Below are positions 42,031 to 54,669 of a DNA stretch of 64,000 nt, one piece after another (the stretch's first letter is position 1; each line of letters opens with the position of its first letter). The position numbers and the translations under genes are program-made. The notes beneath the pieces are model-generated. The model made no database searches, was not told the origin of the DNA, and was given only the letters and a program-made list of their open reading frames with translations. Source of the stretch: Gnetum montanum (taxonomy: Eukaryota > Plantae > Gnetophyta); contig MNCI01001083.1 in the NCBI GenBank assembly GCA_015680685.1, forward strand, positions 177,989 to 241,988, written 5' to 3'.

Positions 42031-42740
42031 NNNNNNNNNNNNNNNNNNNNNNNNNNNNNNNNNNNNNNNNNNNNNNNNNNNNNNNNNNNNNNNNNNNNNN
42101 NNNNNNNNNNNNNNNNNNNNNNNNNNNNNNNNNNNNNNNNNNNNNNNNNNNNNNNNNNNNNNNNNNNNNNNNNNNNNNNNNNNNNNNNNNNNNNNNNNNN
42201 NNNNNNNNNNNNNNNNNNNNNNNNNNNNNNNNNNNNNNNNNNNNNNNNNNNNNNNNNNNNNNNNNNNNNNNNNNNNNNNNNNNNNNNNNNNNNNNNNNNN
42301 NNNNNNNNNNNNNNNNNNNNNNNNNNNNNNNNNNNNNNNNNNNNNNNNNNNNNNNNNNNNNNNNNNNNNNNNNNNNNNNNNNNNNNNNNNNNNNNNNNNN
42401 NNNNNNNNNNNNNNNNNNNNNNNNNNNNNNNNNNNNNNNNNNNNNNNNNNNNNNNNNNNNNNNNNNNNNNNNNNNNNNNNNNNNNNNNNNNNNNNNNNNN
42501 NNNNNNNNNNNNNNNNNNNNNNNNNNNNNNNNNNNNNNNNNNNNNNNNNNNNNNNNNNNNNNNNNNNNNNNNNNNNNNNNNNNNNNNNNNNNNNNNNNNN
42601 NNNNNNNNNNNNNNNNNNNNNNNNNNNNNNNNNNNNNNNNNNNNNNNNNNNNNNNNNNNNNNNNNNNNNNNNNNNNNNNNNNNNNNNNNNNNNNNNNNNN
42701 NNNNNNNNNNNNNNNNNNNNNNNNNNNNNNNNNNNNNNNC
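42031..42740. other. Assembly gap (others at 4628-4761 and 60696-60804)
   Basis: Runs of N. Confidence 1.
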
Positions 42741-45700
42741 AGGTATGTTTGCTCTGTTTAGAAAGATCCTCGATTCCTGTTCCAATAAAACAATGGACAA
42801 ACAGTACGTTACCTTGTCAGTTCTCATATACTTTTTAAGCTCCTTCTCTAAGTCTTGGATTTCCTTGGCAGAGTTAAGGAACCTATGAAAAGGCTTAATG
42901 TCTCTGCGAAAAATATGTAACGCTGAACAGGGTAAGCAACACGAACTCTCCAAGTCTCCTCTGATACAGGCTTTACGCCTCGGTCTGCCAGAAGCTTCAA
43001 CGCATCATCTTGTATCATCCTTCGCACACCATTCAACAAACCAACATCATCATCACGATCTAACATGGACATGGAAAACCCAGACACCAAGACGGCATGG
43101 GCCTCACACCCCTCAACGCTGGCAAAGACGGAGCTCTCACTCTCAACTCATCATCATTTGGGGGAGGCTTGGGGGAGGCGTCATGTTATTCAGTACACGT
43201 ATCAACTCATCTCTCATCTCTGCTGGCAAACGCCTTAAACCATCCCCACAGAGGTCCCGGTTACAGTCAGGTGTGAAGGGATTATTGCAATGACTGTAAT
43301 GCCAAATAATGTCGAGATCAACAATAATGTCAACATCACCAGCAGTAATGTAATCACCGCCCCACCAGTTTAACTTCTTGTACAGATCTCCCATTTTGTG
43401 CATCAAATTTTCCCATTTCCTGGTATTATCAAAGTTACTTTGGGAAACAAGCAGTTGCTGCTGGAGTACACTGTAGTCGTTGGTCACAGCCATGTATGTT
43501 GCCAATAACACTAACCATTCTGGGATCCCTTCACACATGTTGTGCAACACCTCAGCAACTGCAATCTCTGATGAAGATAAAGATGATGATGTTAAAGTTG
43601 AAGCTGAAGAAGCAAGGAATTCCCACCAATGAATGGGACCGATTATTGATCTGGCCACCTGGACCGTTTTCCGAGTGCAGGCGGTCACACTCATACTGCG
43701 TGTCTGTGGTGATACCTGCTGCACTACCTCTTGAGAAGACAGCATAACGTAGTTGTACATACAATCTTCCGTCCATGTTTCTGGTAGTCAGCAGAATCCT
43801 TTGTTTGCTGCATTTCCTGTTATCGAACAACCAGCGTAGCTTGTCAGACAACTCCCATGTCGGAATGTTGTCAAAGTAGATAAAGTTACACACTTCTTCA
43901 CTCTCAACATCTGCATCATAGGCAACTTCATCGTCATCATCATGTTCCTCCTTCTTCCCTTCACTGTCTTGATAGTATCCTTCATCATCATCACTGTCAT
44001 TATCAATATTTTCCTCCTCCTCCTCCTCTGATGGCTTTTGCTCCTTTTCCTTCCATATATACCTGATCCACTCCTCCTTTGTTATAAAGCCGTTTTGTCC
44101 ATCTGCTGAACCAGGCTGCTCCAACCAAGTGTACCTTATATAATTGCCCATTGGAATGTGAACAGAAGTAAATCCGCATCTGCCAGCGTGGTCTTGCCGA
44201 TGCCGGGGCTACCACTCACAATGAGTGCCATTGTTTTCATACCGCTGTTACGCTTCAGCAGCATTTGTATAACATCCTGTTTCTCCCGCTCTATGCCAAC
44301 TGCATTATATTTTAAACATTATTTTTAGAATACATCGACGAAAACAGGAAAACAAATGAAGAACAACGATGTAACTACAACGGAATGCATCACATACCAG
44401 CATGGCGAGGATAGTTCATTCCAGGACGCCCAGCTAGGGGTGAGGATCTAAGCCCCTCATATATCCCGGGTAATTGAGACCATTCATGCAATGTTCGGTT
44501 AGCAGCTTTCAGTTTTCTTAGAAACCACCTGAACGACTCTTTGTAAGAGTACCCATCCAGGTATCTGCAACATATCAATAACCACATAACTGATTCCTCC
44601 TGACTAACTTATTTTTTTATCTTGTTATTTTTGTTTAAAACAATAAAGAATCAAGGAACACTGGGCACCTTAGGACACTAAGGCCAAAAACATTAATGGC
44701 ATTTAATTAAAGACATGCTATGGACAAAAATAAATGGTGGAAAGTTAAAAGACGAAAGTGTGCACAAACAGAAGGCATAGCCTATCTTCTGAGATACCCA
44801 TCATTTGCAGGATGTGTACACATAATTGATCCCTGCAATAACAACAGTTGAAAGCTACACAATTCATGCTGTAGCGCTGGGCTCTGAGTTTGATGATTTT
44901 TTAATTCCCATAAAAGCTTTAACAATCCCCACATCTCCCAGAAAACGTGCATACATTCTTCCTTTATTTCTTTATCAACATTAAACCAGTCTAATGAACC
45001 TTCCAGCCAGTCGGTCAGTGACGCAGTCCACTTTTCCAATGAAGCACCGATAGAAAGGAGTCCCACAGCCAGCCAAAGGTGGTTGGGAACATCTCTAAAG
45101 ATCATGTATGTAAGTGTACTAGCATCATTTGCTCCTTTTGTAAAATAAAGCCCCTAAGTAATTCACCCGAATCATTATTATAAATGTCCTCCGAGCAACC
45201 ATTAATACTATTACTACTTACTACTAGTACTGAAAAAGGAATCAAATGAACATGCAGCAAATACCAAGATAGACTCATCTGGCTCCTTGTCTCTAAACAG
45301 CTCTGTCAGAATACGCAAGCATGCCAGCTTTTGTCTAAAGTATAGCTTATCTAGTGCCTGTGGCGGCTGTCGGTTACTTTGCCTTGCATTCTGAACAATT
45401 ACAAGATGAGGTAACAGAAAATTCTCAAATAATGGTTATGGCTTAACTGGAAAGGAAAATCGGATATATGAAAAACGGTCGCACGCATCTCTCAATTCAA
45501 ATTCCCCAAGGGACTACACAGGATGCAAATCAGGCGGAATCACTGAAGCAGCGTGCACGTTACCACTGGTTGAAGGCCGCTCATCATCTTGATTTCCAAA
45601 TGTTATGCAGCTTTGATACCTCCAAAATCTGGACAAACCACACTTGCCCATGATATATATATATCTATAGATGTAAGACTCTTCATTAAATTTGAAGGTG

Positions 45701-46639
45701 AATGCCTATTGCAAACTCAGATAGAGACCAGAGTATTTATAGATCTCACTGCAACAAGTGTGATGCCAAACGTATTGGTGAAGTTATTTTTATTCAAAGC
45801 TTAAAAGGGAAAAAACAAGTTATAGTGAGTTATTCCAGCAGTGGAGGTGGACGCAACTCTTTTCCAAATTCCAAAGTTTAAAGTGGAAATTAATTATTCG
45901 ATCAATGCCCAGGTTGCTTTCTAATAAAGAAATGATTTGGATTGGAACTTTCTTTTGTTTCGGTGGCATGTTTGTCGCTGCCTGCTCTATTATATGCAGA
46001 CCTTTAACAGTAACATAACGTTTTCCTTTCTTTGCCATACACACTAACTAGGTGTAAGCAAATGGAATCCCAGAGAGGTTGTGTATGCTTTAATTATTCC
46101 GTAATTCATAGAATGACCCTTTTTTCTTCCGAAACGCGGTTAAAAGGGAATTCCTTGCCTCTCTCTCACGCCAGTAACCCCTGAATTTGGATTAGACCGA
46201 AAGAAATATGATACGATACACGTTAATGGACGTTGAGGATGTACATTTATCCGTTCATTCTTTTCATCTTTTGCATCTAATTTCAAATGGAGAATAATAA
46301 GTAATAAATTTTGTTTCTTTTGAATGTAATGAGGAAGAAATCTTTTCGTCTCTGTTAATACGGATACGTCACTAAGTGTTATCTGCATTAACAAAAATCA
46401 AAAATAAAATGCAGGATTTAACTTTTCACACCTATAGGAATGTTACAATGTTATTCTTTAGGATTTTATTTCAGATTGATGGTCATATTTATTTTGTATT
46501 GTATTAAAGGCCTAACTTAAAATGCAATTCTCCCTGTATTTTATGAAGTTATTCTAAATTTTTTATTGCTAAGAGATAGGCACAATTGGCATGCAACTAC
46601 AATAAAGAATCATATATATGTGTATATATAAAGGATTGT

Positions 46640-46988
46640 TAGCTACATTCATAAACACATGATTAATTGATTAGATTCCTTTGTAGTGTTAGTTTAAAGT
46701 TTCATTGTTCCATGCAAACCAATGTTTTAGGAACATGTTTTAGGAGACTTGAAGCTTAGAGCATCTCCTACATAGGTACAAAAACTAGAGAATAGTCTCA
46801 ACGGATGGTGAAGTCTAATGACTAATGCAAAAATTTTATAAAATATGGTTAACTACACTAATAAATACATAATTAGGTGATTAGATTCCTTTGTCGCGTT
46901 AGATCAAAATTTCATTGTTCCATGCAAACCAATGTCTTAGAAACATGTTTTAGGGGATTAAAGCCTAAAGCATCTTTCATATAGGTAT
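46640..46988. repeat. Imperfect direct duplication, 210-bp period
   Basis: TGATTAGATTCCTTTGT...TTTCATTGTTCCATGCAAACCAATG at 46668 and 46878. Confidence 0.8.
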
Positions 46989-47230
46989 GAATACTTATAT
47001 AAATTATAGAAAATACAATGTTCTAGAAATGAAATATATATCTCTTTTTTATATATGTATTTTGAAATTTAAAATCAACCTTTAAAATAAAATTATGCCT
47101 ATAGTGAATCAGGAAACAAAAGAAATAATTATCAACTAAATTAAAGGAAAATACAATATCAAAATTATTGAACAATTCATTCTAAATTAACCCTCTTACA
47201 AAGACATCAACATTATTATATGATAACTAA

Positions 47231-47231
<1 letters not shown>

Positions 47232-47265
<34 letters not shown>
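47232..47265. repeat. (CT)n microsatellite
   Basis: Direct reading of the sequence. Confidence 0.95.
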
Positions 47266-47268
<3 letters not shown>

Positions 47269-47959
47269 TAACATTAAAATAAATAACAAAACTCTAAAAA
47301 TGAACTTAGCTTTCTAGTTAAGTCTAATATTATTTGCTATGTTTGCTGCCTACCAATAAATTTTCCCAACTCAAACTTGAAGAAAGTCCTTGAAAAAATC
47401 CTAACATTTGAATTTCTTTCAATTAAGTAATTCATTAAAAGTTCCTTTTAAGTTTCCATGTTAAGGTCCTCTTTTTCTAGACAAAGTTATTTAAATTCAT
47501 TCATAAAATAATAAATAAGAAATAATGGTGATATAGTCTTTAGTCAACAATGTCAAAGTAAGTTCTATTGTGTTGATGTAGTAACAATAAATGCCTATAT
47601 AAATGCATGTACCAAGTGCTTTTATAGTATCATTTGGTCAGTAACTTAGTCAAACTCTTATAGTTTTCTATTGTAGAAGTTAGAACTATCAATAAGTGCT
47701 CGTAAGATGATGTAAAGTAATCATCTAGAATCTTTATTGAGTGCCTTGACCTAGACACATTGTATAATGACAATAAAGATCAAGACTATTTTATTTTATT
47801 GCAACACTTTGACATAGATTAAAATTTCTTTTAATGTCATTTAATTTGCAATGCACATTAACTTGATATATACATTTCCTTATATATTAATGCATTGGGT
47901 GAATGAGCATGACTAGTTTCAGGCATAAAAACATACTCATTTGGTCATCCTTGTAGCAC

Positions 47960-50900
47960 TATTGTTTGATTGCACTTAGTAGCATAACATGTGTTCAGTA
48001 TAACTCAACCTATAACATCTGCACTTCCTTCTCTGCATGCTTTATCCTTGTTTCTACCATGACTAGCTTTCCTTTGGTTTCTATTAGATTAGATTGTATT
48101 GCAATGATATCACTTGGGATGTCAAAGAGATTCTACATGACTTGGCCTATCTACAGTAGTCGATCAAGGACATCTTCATGCTTTGCTAGGGTCATAGATG
48201 TAGCGACTAGCATTTGCACATCTCTAGCACCAGTGATATCTATTAGTGGTACAATGAAAACATTGAATAATTCTTTGATCTGATTAGTGATATCTTCTAT
48301 TGCCCTACTGCATCTTGGTGTTGCATCATCATTACCATGGCACCTTCCCTAGTTTCTAGCATAACCTCAAAGGATGTAGCATTCCTTGAGATTTGTTGTG
48401 CCTAGTCATTGTCTCCTCTAGCCTATAAAGATACCTGCCCACTATTAGGTCCTATTAATATCATAGGTCTAATGGAGTTATCTATTATATGGTATAAGGT
48501 ATAACCTTCTCTTGCTCCCCAATTGATTATTTCTACTATTTGTTGCAAGTAAATCATTGAAGATCTATAATTGTATCATGCTATTGGGGCTTGTTGTTTA
48601 GGTCTATCACCAATAGGTGTTGACCCATTGGGTCCTACTTGTTGCTACTATCTAGTTGCTATAACATTACTTGCAAGTGTAGAACTTGATGCTCCCTTAG
48701 TGCCTACTAGCTTCTCTAGCCAATCTTTCTTTGGTGGCATTGGTTTAGACATTTTTGCACATGATGCATTCTGGGATTTTCTCAGAACATCATTGGTGTA
48801 GCCTGGGATCCCCACTTGCTTACACAAATTTTTGATTAAGTAAGAAAATGATAATGTGAGTTTCCCTATCTTCTTTTCTTTGAACCTTCTTTGGATCTCT
48901 ACAAAGAGTAAATGTGCTATGTTGGCATTAAATTTTCCCATTAGAATTGCAATTCCTCTAGCTACATAGGTGGAGATATTGTTGAGTTTTTTAGTTGGGA
49001 ATAACTAATAAGTTTCGATCTTGAAGTAGATTTTTTCCTCAATAGTTAACTCACTATATTCTTTGTCACCTTTTTCATAAGCTCTATGTAGCCATAACTT
49101 CTTTGTGTCAATGTTGAATTTGATTAATATTTATGTGAGATAGCTTATATAGAATAAGGCACTAAGACTCCTTCAATCTTAACTATTGCATCATCCTGCT
49201 TATTCTTCCAAAACTAATATACCTATCCTAGGTACCATTCATCATTATTTAATAGAGTTGGTCATAGAGGAGAGGCTTGGAGTTGCGTTTTGACAACTTC
49301 TAGTGTGAACTCCATGAATGGTCCAAATCTTAGTTCCACAATGACTATGGACATGATGGACTTCTCTTGAATGGCTTGGAGGCATTTTGTTGACAACGTG
49401 AGGTACTATCCTTATTCTACAGCTAGTGGTGCTTCTGCCTTAGCTTGTGTGGATTGTTCAATAACAAGTGTTTGTTGGTGAATACTGAAAGATTGGGCTT
49501 CTAACTTTGCTTCTCACTTTTGCTCTTTACCTTGTCCTCCACCTTAGTCCCTTGGTTCCTTGGTCTTTTGCGTTTAGGCTATGAGGATCCTTCTACTACC
49601 GGTCTCTTAGGAGGCATCTACAATCTCTAAGAATCCAAGGTTATCAAAGGATTTTGAATAGCTTTCTTAATAGCTCATAATCCTTTTTTGTGCTATTGGT
49701 TCTGTGTAAAATGTATCTTTATTATGATTGCAAAGTTAGAAAAATATTAAAAATAAATCCTTGATTGTTATATCTTTGATGGTTAACTAGGAGAATTGGT
49801 TAAGTTCATTAGCTTTTATTCAACTAATTGATTAAAATATTCTTATTTGTTATCTATTCTTACCCTTAATTTGCTCTTCCAACATTAGAAACATTTGGCT
49901 CAAATTTGCTTATCTACATTCAATAGCCTCTACCACGACTAAGTTGAGCACATCAGAATCAAGAGGTTTCAAAGATCACATGAATTGGGGCTATGGTGAG
50001 AAAATTATGAAGCTTGAAAGTTCATGCATTAGAGCTCAGAAAAATTACATGAACTCCCCTAGCTTTGAAATTTGAGAATGAAAAATTTTCTAACTCCTCA
50101 TGCATATATATAGATTTTTATATGCATGACATCATAGCTATGACATTGTAGCACATATGACATCGTAGATACAATGTCATTGCTAGAAAATTTTATATTG
50201 TTATCAATTTTTGAGGAAACCTTTGAGTCAAATGGATAGTTTGGAAGATGTAGAAGTTGTCTAGAGGGTCTTTGATCATAAATTATGCTCATATTACCAG
50301 AATTTTATGGTTAAAGATCATAAAGAAGGAATATTTAATAACTAAGGTCAATCACATCTATAAGAGATGATAGGAAGAATTGCTAAAAGTATGATCAAAT
50401 ATACAAGTATAGGAAAGTGAAAATTAATGTTTAAGTATCTTGGAGGAATAAGATGATGTGGAGTTGGTCATTAGGTATGAAGTATGAGAGTTATACAAGT
50501 GGGTCCTCCCCAAAGTAGGCTTCAGTCCTTAGTGCCCTTGTATAAGCACACCTATAAGTGTCCATAGGCACTCAAGGAGTTGAATGTAGAACTTACCTTT
50601 CTTGCAAAACACTTATTTTAGTATCACTAAAATGAGAAACTAATCCTATATCATACAAAACCATGGATTATGATTATATATATGAGTAATGTGGAGTGGG
50701 ATTAGAAAGAATTGCAAAAATTGGGATGTGAGGTGTCTTACCATAGGCATAATAAATTTGTGTGTGTGATGCATAGTTATGATGATCATTAGCCTTTTCG
50801 TCCAAGATCCAAACCAAGTCCATACCACTTACTAATGACATCACATTGTATCATCCCAAAACTAGCAACCACAATACTACCACTACTACTAGAAGCATTA

Positions 50901-52553
50901 TCACTTGGTAATGTAGCTCAAGGAAGAAGTTTATTAATAGCACATTTTATTTTTGAGATTTCCAAGAAACTACCTACCTTCAAGCATGGGTAACAAGTCT
51001 TTCTAGTGACATGGTAAGGTAGTACTTATTATACCATACTTTCATTTTTTATTAAAACTCAAGAAAATAATTTGAGCCTCTTCAACTCCTCTGTTAGGTC
51101 CTGGATCATTTGGAAGGCTTGATCCAAGCTTTAGGATGTCCCTATCAGTTGTGGGATCTACACAAAGAACTACGATGTCTATTGGGAGGTGTATGGCCTC
51201 CTTATTAGTTTTGACACTAAGGAAAGGGATTGCATTATCATGGTAGTGGGTGGGCCACATAGAGAAAAAGAGATTTATGTTAGTATCTAGGGCACAAATG
51301 GGGTGAAAGGGATATGTGACCTCTATGTTACATGGGGTCCTATAGTGGGCTTCATCTGGGTGGTCAGAGGGTTGGTGGTGGTAACCACCATTGATGATGG
51401 TTGCACTAACCTAGGTTGAGCAGCAAGTAGCATGGAAAAGTGGAATGTTGTGGACTATGACATCAATTATGTTTTATGTGCAACTATCACTAGTGTGGAT
51501 CCAAACATGATTAGGTAAGAATAGGTGGAGGATTGGAACATCTATTCCATGAACAAGGCAAGGGGGTGGAGGTAGGAAATGTGGCCTTGAGGATTTCTTG
51601 TTGAAACAACCAACCTAGGATGTTTTCATGTTTGAATTTTACCCCAAACTCATCCTCCTTCTCTTGTTGCTCATTCATGCTAGCTTTTCCATCTACCTCA
51701 TCCATCTTAATTAATTGAGATAGGATTCAAGCATGAGTTTCATCGAGGGGTACCTGGTCATATGAAGAAGGAATATATTCCTTTCCATCACATCATATAA
51801 GTTTGAATTCCCTCTTAGCTTCTGCTTCCATGAAAGGAATCAACATGCTAGCTTGAATCTTAGGAAAAATGAAATTGTAGTGGTCTTCATTTATGACTGA
51901 GAAATTAGGACTCTACCCCTTAAGCCTCAAGGATTGCCTACACTTGATCATGGTAGGGTCCTTGGGGTCATATACCCTCATAGCTTGCTAGTGGAACCTG
52001 TTGTCAATGAAGTTGAAGGGTTGAATGGTTGATTGGCTAAAAGACATTATCAAAAATATGCTTTTAATTTTTTACTATTTTTAGCAAAAATGAAACAAGT
52101 TGGATAATCTATTAGTGCAATTGACCAAAAATGGAAAGGCAATTGAAAAAACTACTACTATGAAATACTACGTAGTAGACGATCTTGTACTATGTAGTAG
52201 ATAGGGTAGTTACTAACAACTTACACTAAGTAGTAAAAATGGGAAAATTGGTTTATCCTGCTACATAGAAATGGATTTTAGAGGGAAGAGGATTTTAATA
52301 ATCAACTAAACTGGTTCCAAGAAAACCAATAGCTACTATGAAAGTATAGTAAAAGTCCAACTCTATTACTAGAACTATGCTAAGATATGTGGAAAAGGGA
52401 TTGGGTAGTAGGTGTTGACTTTAATAGAATAACATAATGATGAAATAATGGAAAACATAAATGTAACAGACTTGGTATTCAATTTATGACCAAGAATTTA
52501 GGCAAACGCCCTTATTCTGGCTCTAGAAAACTATTGGGCCTAGAAATTTTTAT
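47960..52553 (-). mobile_element. Truncated second Athila-like element (ORF2 5' part from 49617, non-coding spacer, short gag-like remnant, probable partial 5' LTR ~52008-52553)
   Basis: ORF2 starts MPPKR after TTGTAG; GKFNANIAHLLFVEIQRRFKEKKIGK matches GRFNAILSHLYFMDLLRWFEECKIEK at ~9000; 50495-51010 aligns with 10680-11215. Confidence 0.78.
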
Positions 52554-53975
52554 TGCTGGAATAGAAACAAAAATCTCAAGCACTGAAATAGCTTTAACCT
52601 TGAATCCCAAGGGCTTCTAGAAATAGGATTCAAGCTTCTCTAGATGATTTGGCCAATCATCCAAGGATTTAAGTGTCAACGAAAATGAAAAATAAGAAAA
52701 TCAAAATGAATAAAACGAGAAAATGAAAATGTAAGTGAAATTGAAAATCTAAAATGAAAATCAACACAAAAATGAAAACGTGAAATTACATATGCATAGA
52801 ATAAACTGACTTTATTAAAATTGGAAATAAAGTACAAAGTCTAAGAGGTATAGATTATGTGCTCGGTGTACACAAAGCCACTAATGAGAAGTTTGAAGTC
52901 CATTGAAACTTACAATTTGCACTTGAAGCTCCATGATTTGGATGTTTCCTCACTCTTGTTTTTGGAAACTCCTACAGGTTTACACTAACATCTACAATTG
53001 TGGCTATAGTACAACACTATACTTTTGGTACAAAGGTATCATGTAGGAGTCTTTATGCCCAATGTAGAGATTAGTTTTGCTCAAAAGTGCTACAAGGTTG
53101 TAAAAAGGTATCTACTGCAAAGTGCTCTTAGGTGTTCGAAAATACTTGCAAAGTGTCATTTTTCCCAGAGTGGTGGAACTAGAATAAGGCATTTATGTTT
53201 GGTATATATAGGATGGAATTGGCTATTTTGGGATTTTCACACCATTGTTGTGATTGCTAATAGATTGGTTTCAATTTATAGGTGTCAAAAATCATCCATT
53301 CTTAGTGTAGTTATTATTTATAGTAATTTTGGAATACTTTGTAGCTACCAAAACCCATGCATTTACTATAAATAGTAAATGGACTTTTATGAATATGCTA
53401 ACACCACCCTTACTATGCTAAATGTCAACTATGCTGAAGTTTCTAGAACATGTAGTCAACTCCAATCTTGGCAAATGCTGCATATTTCATTGTTCTGTTG
53501 CTCCACAACTACTAAAAACTTCGGGTAATTACACTAGCCATTGCTGGGAAAATGAGAATGGAAAATCCCATCAATTCCAATGCTACATCTTCACTAGGAT
53601 TTGGTGGTGACTATGCTAGGTTGAAAATGGAAAATCCTATCTATTTCATCTACACTTGGGGGTAGATGATTCTAGCGTAGTTGAGGCTATACCCCTTGGA
53701 AAACCCATGAAAATGCTAATTTTGGCAATTCACAAGGCATTTTCAGCCTTCCCAAGCCCAAATATAAACATGAAATACCTTTTTCCACTTGTAAAATGAG
53801 GAAATAGCTAATTTTAAGGCATTTTTTAGCTCCAAAAGCCTAAGTATGTAAGATTGTAGCTCATGGACAACAAATTTTACACTTACAATAAGATCTTACC
53901 TCAAGATGCAAAATGAAGATTACAAATTCACAACATTAATTTTTTATGATGTTTCAGAAACCTTGTTTCATGTTT
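52554..53975 (-). repeat. Fragment of the long-LTR-like repeat also present at 23797-25200
   Basis: Colinear blocks such as CCCAAGGGC.TC.A.AAATAGGAT and CAATAAGATCTTACCTCAAG. Confidence 0.8.
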
Positions 53976-54039
53976 CATTTCTTATTATGTCCTTATATTC
54001 TCTTTCAAGAAAATCATGTACTTGCTAGATAGGTATGGC

Positions 54040-54370
54040 AACATTATGGCCCACTAAGGCTTAAAACTAGCAACATCCTGACCTGCTAAGGCATAAAATT
54101 GGCAATGTTATGGCTTGCTAAGGCCTAAAATAGGTAACATCATTGCCCACTAAGGCCAAAAAATGACAATATCGTGGCTAACTAAGGCCTGAAACTAGCA
54201 ACATTGTAGCCCATTAAGGCCTAACACTAGCAACATCATGACTTGCCAATGCCTAAGACTAGCAATATCATGGTTTCCTAAGGCCTAAAATTAGAGACAT
54301 TGTGGCCTACTAACACTTAAAACTAGCAACAAAATGGCCTTCCAGGGCCTAAAACTAGTAAATTAGTGGC
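54040..54370. repeat. 33-bp tandem array (~10 units), inverted relative to 38715-38975
   Basis: CTAAGGCCTAAAACTAGCAACAT-like unit every 33 bp. Confidence 0.9.
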
Positions 54371-54669
54371 CTTCGTTCCTTTTATCTCTCTTATATTTAC
54401 AATGTAACCTACTACACATTGTTGTGCAATTTTGCATTTCATTGTTAAATTTTGCTTTGTGTCATTATTAAACTTGATTTGTAACTTTATCTATTATAGT
54501 TATTTTAACTAGTATCCTTTTACACCAAAGATTAAAAAACATAGAAAAATATAAAACATAAAAAATGATCCAAAAATTATTATCTTTAACAACACGTAAT
54601 AGTATACAAAGCTTCAACCACTATTGATCTTCACTCTCACACTTTAGACTTAGTTTAGGATGGTCAGCA

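Larger units (their letters stand above)
40946..45651 (-). pseudogene. NB-ARC-LRR (NLR-like) gene with helical N-terminal domain; frameshifted, 710-bp gap inside
   Basis: Spliced ...PRHA-V|GIEREKQDVIQML; P-loop GSPGIGKTTLA (~44180-44210); kinase-2 FIYFDNI; RNBS-B RILLTTRN; GLPL-equivalent MCEGIPEWL; LRRs LKHLEILRLQCSRL and LESLRALHW; frame changes near 44175, 43760 and 43100. Confidence 0.85.

Noticed and set aside
41664-42953. Long 429-aa and 348-aa ORFs
   Set aside because: Length is inflated by a 710-N gap; only the minus-strand flanks belong to the NLR.
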